From Marsupella aquatica (lineage: Eukaryota; Plantae; Marchantiophyta), in the NCBI GenBank assembly GCA_973895155.1, contig OZ316891.1, positions 2,037,324-2,101,323 on the forward strand: DNA of 64,000 bases, read 5' to 3'. The position numbers and the translations under genes are program-made. Shown in pieces: positions 1 to 17,552 of this stretch (positions within the stretch are counted from its first letter, which is position 1; each line of letters starts with the position of its first letter). A model generated the notes under the pieces. It was given only the letters and a program-made list of their open reading frames with translations. It did not search any database and was not told the origin of the DNA.

Positions 1-1667
1 CTATTGGGAGATACGTTAAATTAAAGACCCTCTAGACGACGTAAAATGGGAAGGAAAGTCAAATGGGTAAACCCATTTTGGGTTACGACGTAGAGGGAGA
101 TGTACTGGGGAGTAACGTCGTGTCACATGACGCGAAAGGAAGTCACGACGTAGTGAAATGTAGTTGTGGGTTAAATACACAACCCTCGGTGTATTCAAGT
201 CACTTAATGATATTCTCCATTGTAGAGAGGAAGTAAAAGGGGAAGGGGTGTATCAGCGGTGCCCCCAAAACCAGTAGCAGCACCAGCACCGACAAGCAAC
301 CCCTCCCAGGTATGTCTTGATGTACCAGGCTAATTTCCTTATCAAACTGCTTTGCAGGGAGTGAATACACAACCCTCACTGTCTTCTATGTCAATTAATA
401 ATTTTGTTCATTGTAGGGAGGAAGACAAAGGGGAAGGGATGTGTCAGCAATGTCCTCAGCACCAGTGGCACTAGCAATCCCAGTACCAGCTACCAACCCC
501 TCCAAGGTACGCCTTTGTGTCTTAGGCCACATAATTGAATTCCTTCTCATCAGCGGCGTCCAATTGTTGAGTAATGTGAATACCTCTTTGTCAATGTATT
601 TTGATGTTGCTTTGGATTGTAGGAAGGGCAACAACGGGAAAAGGCAAGCAAAAGGCGAAAAGGAAAGGGAAATTTGGTGGAGCAATCCCTTGCACCTGCC
701 CCAACCCCTATCCCAACAAATGAACACTCAGCCCCTGTCCCTGTAACAACACCAACACATGCACCTGCCGGTATCCCTGGACCACCACTAGCACATGCCC
801 CTACACCAGGACCAGCAGAAGCACCAGCCCCTATACCAGTGCCAACACCAGGCCCTGCACCGGCTACGAACTCCTCACAGGTGCAGCAGCAAAATTCCTC
901 TGCTTCATTGTGGAATGTGAATACCTCTTTGTCCATGTATTCTAATGTCTTTGTGGGTTGTAGGTACCACAAGGAGGAGCTGCTTTGTCCTTAGTACCTG
1001 TTCTTGTCTCAAGGAAGAGGAAGGAGGCCTCTAAATCAAGCAAGGGTATGAGCCAGGCATTGCAAGTTGTTCCTCTATTGGCAGTCAACCCCAAAACAAA
1101 AGTTGTGTTTTTGCACCCCGAAGATGATGACTTAGCAACATCAGAAGTTGAAGACAGAGTGAGAGGCAAGCCAAAGCGAAGTAAAATTGCGACAAGTAGA
1201 GGGGGGGCAAGGGAGAGGAAGAGGAGCACAGTCTTCTACTCAACCAACTCCCTTGCATGAAATCCAGCTAGATGATGGTGACAATGTAGACACATTTGGG
1301 CCATCACAACTTTTGCATGACTCCCAAATGACTGCTTCACAAGATACATTCAGGGAGGTTATTGACCAACTCCCGCACCCTTCCCAGTATGCTGACTGAG
1401 CGTGGACACCCTTCCCGTGTGGTACTAAGCCATTTTTGTGGTAGCTTCAATGGTCTTTAGATGCAATGTAGCTTGAGGTAGCTTCAAATACAATGTAGCT
1501 TCATTGGAAGGCAAGGAGGCCCATGATACATCTACACTGCAAGGTCACAACTCGACTTGCAACTTGTACTGGAAACATTTATGAATAAAAAGCAAGTTGC
1601 ATTCACTGTGTTCTGATGTATAAAAGTTATTCATTCTGCTGGATACTACCTTCAGTTTGCACCTTCA

Positions 1668-2425
1668 GTTTTGGAAGACATTGTCCACATTGTCGACAGG
1701 ATATTTCGCTTGAAGAAGCCATTTGAGCAGGGGTAAATGACCGTGGATGTTGTGGGTTTTGGAAGACATTGTCCATATAGTCTTCGCACCACACTTAGCC
1801 ATTTTTCCAATGATAGGATATTTTGCTTGAAGAAGCCATTTGAGCAGGGGTAAATGGTGGATGTTGTGAGTTTTGGAAGACATTGTCCATATAGTCTTCG
1901 CACCACACTTAGCCATTTTTCCAACGACAGGATATTTTGCTTGAAGAAGCCATTTGAGCAGGGGTAAATGGTGGATGTTGTGAGTTTTGGAAGACATTGT
2001 CCATATAGTCTTCGCACCACACTTAGCCATTTTTCCAACGACAGGATATTTTGCTTGAAGAAGCCATTTGAGCAGGGGTAAATGGTGGATGTTGTGAGTT
2101 TTGGAAGACATTGTCCATATAGTCTTCGCACCACACTTAGCCATTTTTCCAACGATAGGATATTTTGCTTGAAGAAGCCATTTGAGCAGGGGTAAATGGT
2201 GGATGTTGTGAGTTTTGGAAGACATTGTCCATATAGTCTTCGCACCACACTTAGCCATTTTTCCAATGACAGGATATTTCGCTTGAAGAAGCCATTTGAG
2301 CAGGGGTAAATGGTGGATGTTGTGAGTTTTGGAAGACATTGTCCATATAGTCTTCGCACCACACTTAGCCATTTTCCAACGGCAGGATATTCGATTCTGC
2401 TTCAAGAAGAAATTTGAGCGGGGGT
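1668..2425. repeat. Tandem repeat, 114-bp unit, about 6.5 near-identical copies
   Basis: TTTTGGAAGACATTGTCCATATAGTC recurs at 1871, 1985, 2099, 2213 and 2327 (114-bp spacing). Two minus-strand frames stay open and give 38-aa repeats. Confidence 0.95.
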
Positions 2426-2619
2426 ACGTAAATGGCCAACACTAGTGGTTTCACACAAGATGCACATGACAACTGCAAAATAGTTTCAAAATTTGTAGAA
2501 CATCTCTAAATTGTTGGAGTACAATGCTGTTGCAGACTTCAATGTCTGCAACTAAATCAAAATTGCAATTGCTACTTCCTGTGAGCTATTATTTGAACTT
2601 CTTACCACTGTGGTGTAAA

Positions 2620-3309
2620 CTAAGTCAAGAGCTCATTGCTACAAAATACTTCCCCACAACAGGTGCACCTAAATACTTCATGCCCAGACTCATCTACTCC
2701 CAGCAACTCAACATTAACTCTATGACCATCTGCTTTGATAGGAGCCCTCCATTGTGCACCCATTGCACTAAATTGTCGTTGAAGCCATGCCTCCGCCTCA
2801 GAATGGGACCTAAAAGACTTGTGACTAGCTCCACTGAATCCGCTCACCTGACATTCTGCCTCCTCCCAAGTACAATATATTCCAGGACTGCGCCCCCTAG
2901 CAATGGCATACCATTTCTTCTTTGAGGTAGAGCCTAGATCACAATTGTATGGAAGAGCAATTGACTTAGAGCGAGAGGACAAAGTCTGTGATTGTAATTT
3001 CACCCTTGTGGCAGGCTGAGTTTGCGCAACGTCAACCAATTGTGCTTGTGAGGCTGACAAAGATGGACCTGCATTAGCACCCTGGCGCCGAGCCAATACA
3101 GGTTTTGGTGGCCCAACAACAGCCACTACAGGGGAATCGTGACCCTCTGATTTTGATGGCGCTGTACTTTGAGCAAGGGGAGGCAGCCTATCTCGATTCC
3201 ACACTGAAGACAAACACAAAATCCGTTCCAACATGCGATGGAGGAAGAAGAGTAGTGCACTCAAACCTGCAAATACGGTCCATATGGCGAACCCCAATGC
3301 CCAAAACAA
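2620..3309 (-). CDS. ORF with an RNase H1 N-terminal hybrid-binding (caulimovirus viroplasmin-like) domain and a C-terminal CxxC motif
   Basis: KKWYAIARGRSPGIYCTWEEAECQVSGFSGASHKSFRSHSEAEAWL matches the HBD consensus (YAVxxGRxPGIYxxWxExxxQVxGFxGAxxKxFxxxxEAxxxL). FRCTCCGEVF follows. Exon limits are uncertain. Confidence 0.75.
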   Translation of the reverse strand: MFWALGFAIWTVFAGLSALLFFLHRMLERILCLSSVWNRDRLPPLAQSTAPSKSEGHDSPVVAVVGPPKPVLARRQGANAGPSLSASQAQLVDVAQTQPATRVKLQSQTLSSRSKSIALPYNCDLGSTSKKKWYAIARGRSPGIYCTWEEAECQVSGFSGASHKSFRSHSEAEAWLQRQFSAMGAQWRAPIKADGHRVNVELLGVDESGHEVFRCTCCGEVFCSNELLT

Positions 3310-3888
3310 CTAAACTACAAAACCAACACTGCCTTCGTTGAACTTTGCCATTGCCAAATGGCAATCCTATCCTTGGCGCTCTCGTTGTCGCTCTCATGTC
3401 CCTGGTGCTCTTGCTCTCTCTGGCGCTCTTGCTCTCTCTGGCGCTCTCGCTCTCTCTGGCGCTCTCGGGCGCTGCACAATCTACTCAGACCCCTCTCTCT
3501 GGCGCTGCAGTGCTATCCTGTCCGTCCTCTACTACACTGGTCTCCTAAGACCTCCTACCTTTGTTGTCACTCACGTGGACAACTTCAAAGACTCTGCTTT
3601 AGTCCGCTCGCAAAACGCGCACATTCTCCATGGAACACTCAATGTCGACCAACGGTCCCGCACGCCAATATCATTGCGGAAGTAGATTCAAATTTGAAGA
3701 CATTATGGTCAATGTCTTCAATAACAATGAAGGAAGTTAAGAAGACAACATGGTCGCTATCTTCAAGTGCAAGGATGGAAGATAAACGGAAAGACAACAT
3801 GAATATGTTGTATTCATCAGAGAATAATGGTGGAAAAAAGTGACAAGAGTCTGTTTTGATGCACAACCAAAGTTCAGTAAATAAGTAA

Positions 3889-6800
3889 CTAGTAAGGTTC
3901 AGTAATATCAACATGATATTGTGACCCAAATCCCTGACACTCTATTGCAGCCTCATTGGCCAATTCCATGCACCTATCAATGAAAGCTTGTGGCAATTGT
4001 TGTTCACTATTTTGGAGAAGGGGCTGAGATACAATGCTCTGGATTGGTCCTGTGCCTGCTGTTGGTGCGGTCGATTCAATACTATATTCAGTCTCCGGTA
4101 GTTGGTCTTCCCAAGGAAAGGGTGACACAGGTGGGTGCTCCAAATTGACTGCATCACCATTATCCACCTGCATATGAAGGCAATTTTAAAATTTGTCCCT
4201 AGCATGAGACCACACATGCATGAAGCCCACAAGTAATGATATATACTTGTAAGAAGACTGTTAATGTTGGAATCCTTACTCTTGCTGGATCTGTTGGCGT
4301 CACACTATGGACTTTATCACAAGATCTTCGGTTATGTCCAACCTGCCCACACTTACTGCACCTGCACTTCCCAGTGTTAGGCCCCGCTTTCTTTGCCCTC
4401 GATTGAACAAGAACAATTGGAAGTCCAGCAATAGTGTTTGCTGTTGAAAAAGGTTCCACCCTGTTTGGATCATCATCTAGTGGATATCTCAAGAACAGTT
4501 GTCCAAGGGAGTCAATCACTGATTCTTCGCCTTCTCCAAGAGCCCTAGGTGGATGCCTCCCTCCACGACCCTGTTCGATGCGGACCATTCTATGTCTGCC
4601 CCTTTTCACAGCAGCCACAGGAGCAACACAATTTGGACTTGGCATTAAGTCTGATACAATAAAGCTAGGTAAAACATTGTCATACAAGGCCCTAATTGAA
4701 GCAGTCCGCCAACATTTGTGAAAATGAGCAGAAAAATTTCTGCCTTCCTGGTCATCCCAAGCCATTATATGCTCACATGGCCACACCATCTCTTGCAGCT
4801 CCCAACAAGTGCAACATTTCTTTGGTGACAGTGACACTAGATACTCCTCACTTTGGGATGTAGTTTGAACCTTGGCTGTGGACGCACCATCATCAAACAC
4901 CTGAGCATATGAAAACTTGGATATAATTACTAAACTATTCAAATAAAGAATACATTCATACTAGTGTATTTTAATTCAACACCGAGCTATTAAGAAGACA
5001 TTGATGTTACAGTATATACAGAACACGTAGCTAGTAATGCATACACAGACCAGGCATGAAGATTACCTGCCATTGACCAAACGTCTTGAGATTCTTGTTG
5101 TACCTGAGCAGGGCTGGAATAGTGAGTACTTCCTGTCTCGTCAACGCAGCTACTTTCCTTTCTTTAAACTTTTGCTGAACATATACCCACATGCGCTCCA
5201 TCAACTTGCAAGGAGCAAATTCGCGTAAGGGGAGTAAGCCTGAATTTGCTTGCTCAGCAGGGTTGCTTGTAACCTTTGCCATGCGGGGAAGTGGAAAGGC
5301 ATGCCTGGCATAAAGTTTTGCATCAAAACTTCTGATGTAGTCTACAGCATTTGCATTCTCATATGCCTTGACGGACTCTGCCAGTCGCTTCAAACATGCT
5401 TCAAATCTGATACAGGTGCACAGGGAAAACATTGATGTTAATGTATACAATCATGTCATACACAGAGAAAACATTTGCGTGAGTGATATGTACTTCACAT
5501 TCTGTATTCGAGGAGAGGTAATATAATTATTGTATTGAACACTGAGTATGCGGTGTATACATAAGAAGTCAAATGTATGTAGAATCAAAGCAATGAAGGT
5601 TTTTGGACTTACTGTCTTTCATCGTTGGCATATATGCATCCTGTAAAATATCTGTTGCTGCCTTGCCATGCCTGTTCTTGACATTAGCTCTCAGGTGGTT
5701 TGCACATGCTGCATGTATCTTACCTGGCCACACGTAACTCACAGCGGCAAGTAGGCCTTTCTGTCGGTCTGATATGAGTGGCATGTGAGGCAATTCAATG
5801 CCGTAGAGTGATCTATCTACCAATTCCAGAAACCAGATCCAATTATCTGTGTTCTCAACTGGAGCTACTGCGTAACATAGAATCAATCCTTGGCCATTTC
5901 CATCCAAACATGTAGCTAAGAACAGTTGAGTGGGGTACTTCCTGTTCTTTGTATGACATGCATCAAGAGAGATGAGAGGTTGAATGTAGGTACATGCTTT
6001 TCGTGTAGCTGATGGGCAAATGAATGCTTGACAGAAACGTTGGAGTTTTCCATTGGGGACCAGACTGCCACTGCACCAGGGTCAGTCTCTCTCACCCTGG
6101 CAATTAATGCCGGAATCATTTGAAACGTGTCTTCCTGCCCACCAAGGTGCAGATCCCGTACATAGTCTTTTGCTCGCCACATTTGGTGGTAAGTGCTGTT
6201 CTTTTTATAATCCCCTTGAAATCCACAGAGTAGTTCTTTGACCGGCACCTTCAGATTTCTACACACTCTAGGCGCAGTGTGTCTCCTAACCACACTGCCT
6301 TTTGTGTTGGGCCCCTCCACTTGTGTTTAGATGCTGGACAATTGTGTTTCAGCTCACACACAGTAATGATATGAGCCCCGCTGTGAGCTTGCCTGTGACA
6401 TCGGACCCTGAATGGGCAGTAGGCTGAACAATCAAAACCATCTTCATCGTACTCTGGCGGGGGCCTAAACCTAGAAAACTCCCCGCATACTCCTGTGGTA
6501 GATATCTTCCTGACTTTTATCGTGCCAGGGGCATGTGACCCAGGTAGCCACACACTGCTATGCTGCACTACTGTGCATGGTTTCTTTGCCATCGTTGTGT
6601 TCCTCTGGAGACAGTTTGGATCCAGAGGTCCAAGGGGTGCACGAACCTCCTATTGCAATCCACACAGAACATATTCATGTTATTGTATATGGAAACACAG
6701 AAGACAGTGGTGTCATTGTATACAAAATACACACCACAATGGGGATGTTTATATGAAACATAGAAGACACTCATGACGTCGTATACAAAACATTGATGGT

Positions 6801-7771
6801 AAAATGCAAAGAAGACATTCCGGTTTAGGTATACCTGTGGAGCATTTGTGAGAACGATTGCTCCAGACTAGTTTGTTGATCTGCCATCTGTTGAATAGCA
6901 ATTTGAAACTCACGGTCTTCCATCTGCAATGGCAGCACAAACATACCATGCATCAAAACACAGAGTGACAAGTATTACATTTCTAACCCTTCAAAAAAAC
7001 CACAATGATATAGGTATGGACTCTTCAAAAGCTTTACCTCTTCCGCTGTCAATAATGGTTCTGCATAGGCATTGTGTGTCCTTCGTGTCCCCCTTGGTTC
7101 GGATGTCATTCCTCTGTCATGGAACCCACTATACTCACCGTAACGACTGTTATAGTGCCAATCTAATTCATGTTCATGTTCATCATCCAATTCATGGATA
7201 TATAGTGAATCTTCATCTTCTGAACTATCACTACATTCAAAACTGTCTGGCCCAGGTCTGATGTCACCACTTGACTTCCTTTCATGTTGATGAGCAATCT
7301 TACTAAATCGGCAAACCCTTGTTCAAAAATTGGGGGAGGTTTTAAGTCTATACACTACTCGGCCATGCATGACAACCCACGAGTCCAAACATCTATCAAA
7401 TTCATCAAAATTGTTAAAACGCTCGCCCAGATGAATGCGAGCCGCCTCTGCTTCCACTGCCAAGAGCATTGTAGAATACATAATGAAGAACGTCTATGGG
7501 AGCTCTCCACTTCAACAGTGCAAAACTTATGATTCATACAGGAGCAACTTCATACTTAAGCCAAACAAATCCTCCAAATACTAACCTGAAGCACAGTAGA
7601 TTCACCTTCTTCGGGACTCTTCCCATCCAGGATTGATTTCAGATTTTTCAGATGTCTTCGTGTTGTTCCCCGCCTTGCTCTTTGTGGTGATTGCCTGTCA
7701 GAATCGGGAATGTCCACCTCACAGACATCCCCTCGACGCCAAAGATTGATGTCACTTACATCATTTGCCAT
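3889..7771 (-). pseudogene. Mutator-like (MULE/MuDRA-type) transposase, spliced and frameshifted
   Basis: Fragments include CPFRVRC...HNC, YHQMWRAK, LDACH, MDGNGQGLILCYAVAPVENTDNWIWFL, ISDRQKGLLAAV...HAACANHL, TSNPAEQAN, SWIM finger CTCWELQEMVWPCEH and CCHC knuckle CSKCGQVGHNRRSC. Frameshifts occur around 6000-6320. Confidence 0.9.
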
Positions 7772-8439
7772 CCTGTACTTCAATGTGCATATGAGTACTG
7801 TGCAGAGGTTAGTCATGTCCATTTAACGTAAAGCTCAAAAACATTTACTAAGCCACATGCGAAAGGGCTCTGGAGCCCATGAACTGACGTCGTTTCCTGA
7901 CATTGTTTGTGCCTTCAGTTTACACATTCTAACATCTGCACAGTAGTACCTTGTTTTCCTCTGCAATCGATGGTGGCAGGTGCATGCGCCGTGCGCCTCG
8001 TGGAAAGTTGAGTGTACTTGTTATCGAGCATGGACAAAAGTTGGGATGGGAGGATATTAAAAAATTATGGAGATCAGTTTACAAATAGAATACAATCATG
8101 TCAATGTATTTGCATTCGCGTAACATAACCCTAATGTTGATCGTGGCGGCGTGGATGGGCAAATGCCCGATTTTGACTTCTAATTACGAGGTCCCGTTGC
8201 CTGATTACTGCGCGCTTGACCCTAAACCACCTCGACAATGTGTGCCCCGACAATGTGCGCCCTAAACAGAAATTTTGTTGAAGACATAAACCACAAAGTA
8301 TTCACGCTCATAAGGGACCATAGTGCGAGAACGCAAAACCGCATAGTTGCAGCCCTACTGCAGCGGAGTCTCATGGTCGACTGCGGGAGGCGACCCTGCG
8401 TGGTGGCATGGCTCCCAACTATGCAGTATGGCCTTTACA

Positions 8440-8567
8440 CGGGGGAAACTGGCTTACACGGGAGAAAAGGGTACGGGCCATAATGAGGGGGCTGATTGGG
8501 GCAAAAAAGTTTGGAGGGGGCTGATCAAGTAAAGTTTCTCCTGGAGGGGGTCTATTGAGCATATCCC
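8440..8567. mobile_element. Probable right terminal inverted repeat of the MULE (partner not found in window)
   Basis: GAGGGGGCTGAT sub-repeats ending ...GGGGGTCTATTGAGCATATCCC, which reads GGGATATGC... on the minus strand as MULE termini typically do. It lies upstream of the transposase. Confidence 0.45.
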
Positions 8568-10117
8568 TCGCAGTTTCAAAGAGAAAATTCACAAAGAGAA
8601 TTAAGATTATGGTTATGTCCTGGGTTGAGAGAAGTGGGGGCTCTAATGGCCCTCAATCAATGCCTTTAATAACCAGAAGAGTCCCCTTACCTAAATATTT
8701 GAGTAAGCTTTTGAAGAAAACCAAAAGAATTAAGATAGTGGACTAGTGTGTAATTAAAGAAGAAAAATTTAGAATGCATTTTAGGACCTCCAAAGATCTT
8801 CTGTTTTAAAAAGAGCAAAACTTGTGTATTTAAATTACATTTGCCTGGATTAATAGATCATTGCACAAATTCCCTCCTCAAAGCAACATGTGTATTTTAT
8901 AAAAAAAAATGCTCTCAAATGAACCAAAACTTTCAAAAGTCGTTGGGTAATCTCAGAGATGTTCACGAGGTCAATCAAGTTTTATGGCAGTGCTCATCCT
9001 TAATGCCCCGGTGGTAGAAATCTACCTCCAGACCAGCATTCTTTTGTGACAAAAACTTTCACCTCTTTAAAAGTATAAATGAATTTTGGGTGAATTACTC
9101 ATTTTCGTTGTCTTCCATTAACCAGTTTTCCTTTAACCCACTCGAACACTGCTCTTTAAATATAAGGAGACAGATTTGACATCAAAATTTAATTAAGAGA
9201 AAAATTATTCTTAGCATGTCATCCTCCCACCAGGTGACCTTCGCCACGTTTGGAAAAAAAACCTTTAATTTAATCTGGTCACGGAGTCGACCTCCGGACC
9301 AGAGGCGCAGATCCTTCCCTGGCAGGTTCGCGACGCTTTCACTGGGAAAATAATGAGCAACGTTGCACAAAAGGTTTCCGGCTCTCGTTGAACGGGATCG
9401 TCGCGGGCGGCATTTGCGGGACATCATTAGGGCGTCTCAACCCTGCGCGTTCTAGGACTCCTTCCGGTCACCCGGATGTCTCTAATCGCCGCCCGATATT
9501 GAACACAGGTACCCAAAATCGGGTCCCAAAAAACTGGGGGTCTGAACTTTACCTCGCACCTCAAAGGAGTCCCGGCACGGGTTAGACCTGGGTTTTTCCA
9601 AAGAAAAATTGTAATAAAAAAAACCCGGGAAAAACTTTACGGTCACCAAATCGGTGGGCCGACCACCTGATCCGGGCGGCCCGCGACTGTGAAATCCCGG
9701 GTGCCATTCGGAATTCCAAATGCTTAAGTTTGAGACGCCCTATTCTCACGGGGCGGCTCTTTTCACGGGAGAGGCAGAGTGGTGGAGGCAGGTTTGTAAC
9801 AGAAGGTCGAGATCAACTGGCATGCCTCCATAAAGTTGACTAACCCGTTACTGCCGTCGATCCTTCTCTCTGTTTTGGAGATAGTTGCCGGTGTCCGCCG
9901 ATTTTGGAGAAAATGACGGCAGCAAACACGACATTACGTCGGGGAATGTGCGCCGTTGGTCCCCAACTCCCGGTGACCCGGTGGCTCTAGGTCAAGTGAT
10001 CCAGTGGGACTTGTTATGGAGTGCTGTCCTGAGTGCCGTTTGGGCGGGGTTATGTTACGGAGTCATGCTTACGTCAAATTTCACATTAATTTATGACAAT
10101 ATCAACTCACTACATCT

Positions 10118-10270
10118 GTAGATCGAAGGGGACTTTTGATATTAATTTCGGGCCACTAGCTTGCTAGATCTAAGGAGAATTTTTATATTAATTTGTGGCC
10201 ATTGGATCTTGCTCGATCTAAGAAGAATCTTTGTATACATTTGTGGCCATTAGATCTTGCTAGATTTCGA
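10118..10270. repeat. Short degenerate tandem repeat, about 45-50 bp x3
   Basis: TAGATCTAAG(G/A)AGAAT...ATTTGTGGCCATT(G/A)GATCTTGC recurs. Confidence 0.6.
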
Positions 10271-12837
10271 CTAATGGACCTTGCGGTTTGGTGAAAAACT
10301 GGAGACCAAAAATATTGGCTATCTTAGTCAAAATGGGCAATAATTTCGATGTAAGTGAAATTTGGCAAATTTTTCTCAGTAGAAATAACCAGGTTGTGGT
10401 TTGTCTGTGGCACATCAAGTCGCTTCTAACCACCATTAAGGCTTGGGGAATGTGGCCATCTTGGACAAAAATAAGGCCATTTTGGCATCTTCCATTTTTG
10501 AATCAGAAAGTCATTTTTTGGTTATTTCTTTCAGGTTAGTGCAACTGATGCACCAAACATTAATTTCATGTGTTTTGAGAGTATAGCGCAAGCAAAGAAC
10601 CTTCAGTTGAACACTTCCAATAAAACTATAAAATAATAAGTACAAGAATAAATCAATGTTTTAGTTCCAGATACTTAGATTATCCCTGAAGTATGCACTG
10701 CAAAGTTTTTGGTAGCTTTCACAAAACTTACTCATTAGGCTGGAGCTAATGTGGTCTTTCTCACAGCTATCCCACCCATCGAGTAATCTTGTTGACCACT
10801 TGGTTGACCATGGATTACCCATGGGCTACCTTACACTTGGGTTAGCTATGTGGTCATTTCTTTCAAACCGCGTAGGGGATGGGTGGGATGGTTTTGAGAA
10901 AGAGTCAAGCGTATTGTCTTACCATGAGGAGGGGCATTGAGAGCAAGGAGTGTGGTAAACATGGGCTTGTTACAATGTTTATTTGAGCATGTGCCCCTGT
11001 TTCCGTTACTATCTATTCTCTTGTCAAGATTGCAACTCCCTTTTGTTATCTGGGAGTTAAAACTTGGTGCTGTTGTTCCTCATGGTTATAGTTTCCAGAA
11101 AAAAGGTCATGCATTCTCTTTATATGGACCTGAATAGTCCTGTCCTACACATGATTTGGCAAGTGTGGTGTGAATGTGGAATTTGAGTATACTAGGGGCT
11201 TGAAAGGTTCTTTTTTATGAGGGGAACAGCAGAGTACAAAAATTAAAGTGCGGATTCTTGGTCAACCGTAAGATTTCATGATTTATTTGCAATGTAATGT
11301 TCTCGATGCTAAGAGATAATCAAAGATTGTTTTCCTGTTGTTTTTTACGATGATGGCTCCGTGTTTCATCCCACTACTTTCGTCGTTGAAATGAGATCTA
11401 ACGAGCTTAGTTTGATGAATTCAATTCCTTGTAGTCTAGGCAATGAGCCTGGCTGATCCTCACAAATATTCAATTGTCTAGACCTGCTTTACGGATCTCA
11501 TGGTCTATATCCTTGTCCATTTTGTTTTGTTTGAAACGAGTAGCTTAACAATAGACATGTGAATATCACTTACCTACTTTGTTTGTTATAATATCTGCGA
11601 TGCATGTCAATAGTTTAGCATTGTGTTTTAGGTTAAGATTCCACGCAAATTAATATGAGTACCGTTTGACCCTTGACCTTTCTCGCATCAGGGCTGCTTC
11701 GTAGACATGTCTTTTGGAGTATCTACAAGAAGAACCCCTTCTCTCCATGGCATCCCCATATATGTCCATCCCTCCATCATATCTTATTATATAAGTGCAA
11801 AGAGAAGCTAAAGTAAGCCATAATGATGGTCTAGATTGAAGCCTTTAAATACTGACTCTAACCACACCGGGTCAGAAACCTACTATCAGGCGGGGTGGAA
11901 AATGAGAATGACATCTTCTTTCTCTCACAATCTATTGACTTCCAGTGAGATACGCATCAGGCTAATAGTCAATACATTGTAGAGCGCCTTCTCTCCACTA
12001 CATCCTCATCAATCATTTGTTTTTGTGGGATACTCCTTGACTTGTTGGGTCTCTTTGGTCTTCCTGGGGTCTTTCCTTTCTCCCCTTTATTGGATTCTTT
12101 TGTCTTTGGGATCATGTCTCCAGGTTTGGTTTTCCTGTCTTTTTGGCAGTGTGATATATACATCAATCAGTCTGCCTGATTGACAAACAAACTAGCCACA
12201 TCATGCTCCAATCAGGAAATCATGGTTAATAGCCCATGTTCTGTCTCAGAAAGCACCTTCCTCAAAATGATTCACCTGAGACCACCTCCCCATAGTAACA
12301 CCCAAACTTCACTATCTTACTATTTTGTTACTTACACAGTCTTTCAAGAAACAGGGAACCACGAGAATTTTTCAACAATCCATACTCCATAGGGGATCCC
12401 CATGCATTAGGACAAAACCTTATATGTCTCTCTGTGACTTTGTACAACCTTTAGTTTGCTTTGGTGTTTAGTATTTAGGGTTCTCGTCATTACACTGGCG
12501 CGTAGCTGATAGCTACTTTCCAGGGGTGTAACAACTAGGGTATCCCTGCAACAGGTGGGGCACACACCTCCTTGCCCGCCAGCCAAAAAAATGTGATGAA
12601 TAATTCACAAACAGAAGCTACATTCTGTCTGCTGCTCACTCTAGACCTTGACTATGGAGGTTTAAGAAGTGGTATACTTAATCTCTCATTTGGAAAGCGT
12701 TAGTTGGTGGGCCCCGGCCAATTGAGGTTTTGGGTATACTTAATCTCTAATTTGAACAGTGTTAGTTGGTGGACCCAGGCCAATTGAGGTTTCGGGTACG
12801 TTAATTTAAGGTCTATCACTGACTGGATAACCTCATG

Positions 12838-12906
12838 GGGGTCCAATAAGTAATGCTTTTCAGTTTGAGGGTCCAATAAGTAATGCTTTTCAGTTTGGGG
12901 GTCCAA
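12838..12906. repeat. 30-bp tandem duplication
   Basis: GGGTCCAATAAGTAATGCTTTTCAGTTTG(A/G) x2 plus a partial copy. Confidence 0.8.
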
Positions 12907-13242
12907 CAAATTTATCTTTCACAGGTATTCAGGTGGCGGCAAGTTCCGGGGTGAGGCCACGGTAGAGAAAATGGGCCTAAGCTTAACTTGAGCATTCAGG
13001 CTAGGAAAAATAATGGGGTGTAAGCAGAGGCTGGTTTGCTGGATCTCTCAGAGTGTAATCAAAGTGTAAATACAGTGGTTTACACCTTGTCATCCATGTA
13101 AGGTACCTATCTCAGCTATGGTGGAGAAGCTATTCTTCAGACTCAAATTAAAATCTCCACTCCACAAACCCTCGATGATTTTTCACTGAAGATTGTTGCT
13201 CTGAATGCTGCAGGTCTGCGTCCGGTATCGGGAGGGAGGGTC

Positions 13243-17552
<4,310 letters not shown>

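Noticed and set aside
395-1399. Pro/Ala-rich short ORFs
   Set aside because: Low-complexity, partly duplicated sequence with no identifiable domain. It may be decayed TE cargo but cannot be supported as a gene.
1652-2405. CRISPR array or repeat-protein gene (236-aa and 246-aa ORFs)
   Set aside because: Units are contiguous with no unique spacers and no cas genes are present. The open frames follow from a 114-bp unit and show no recognisable domain.
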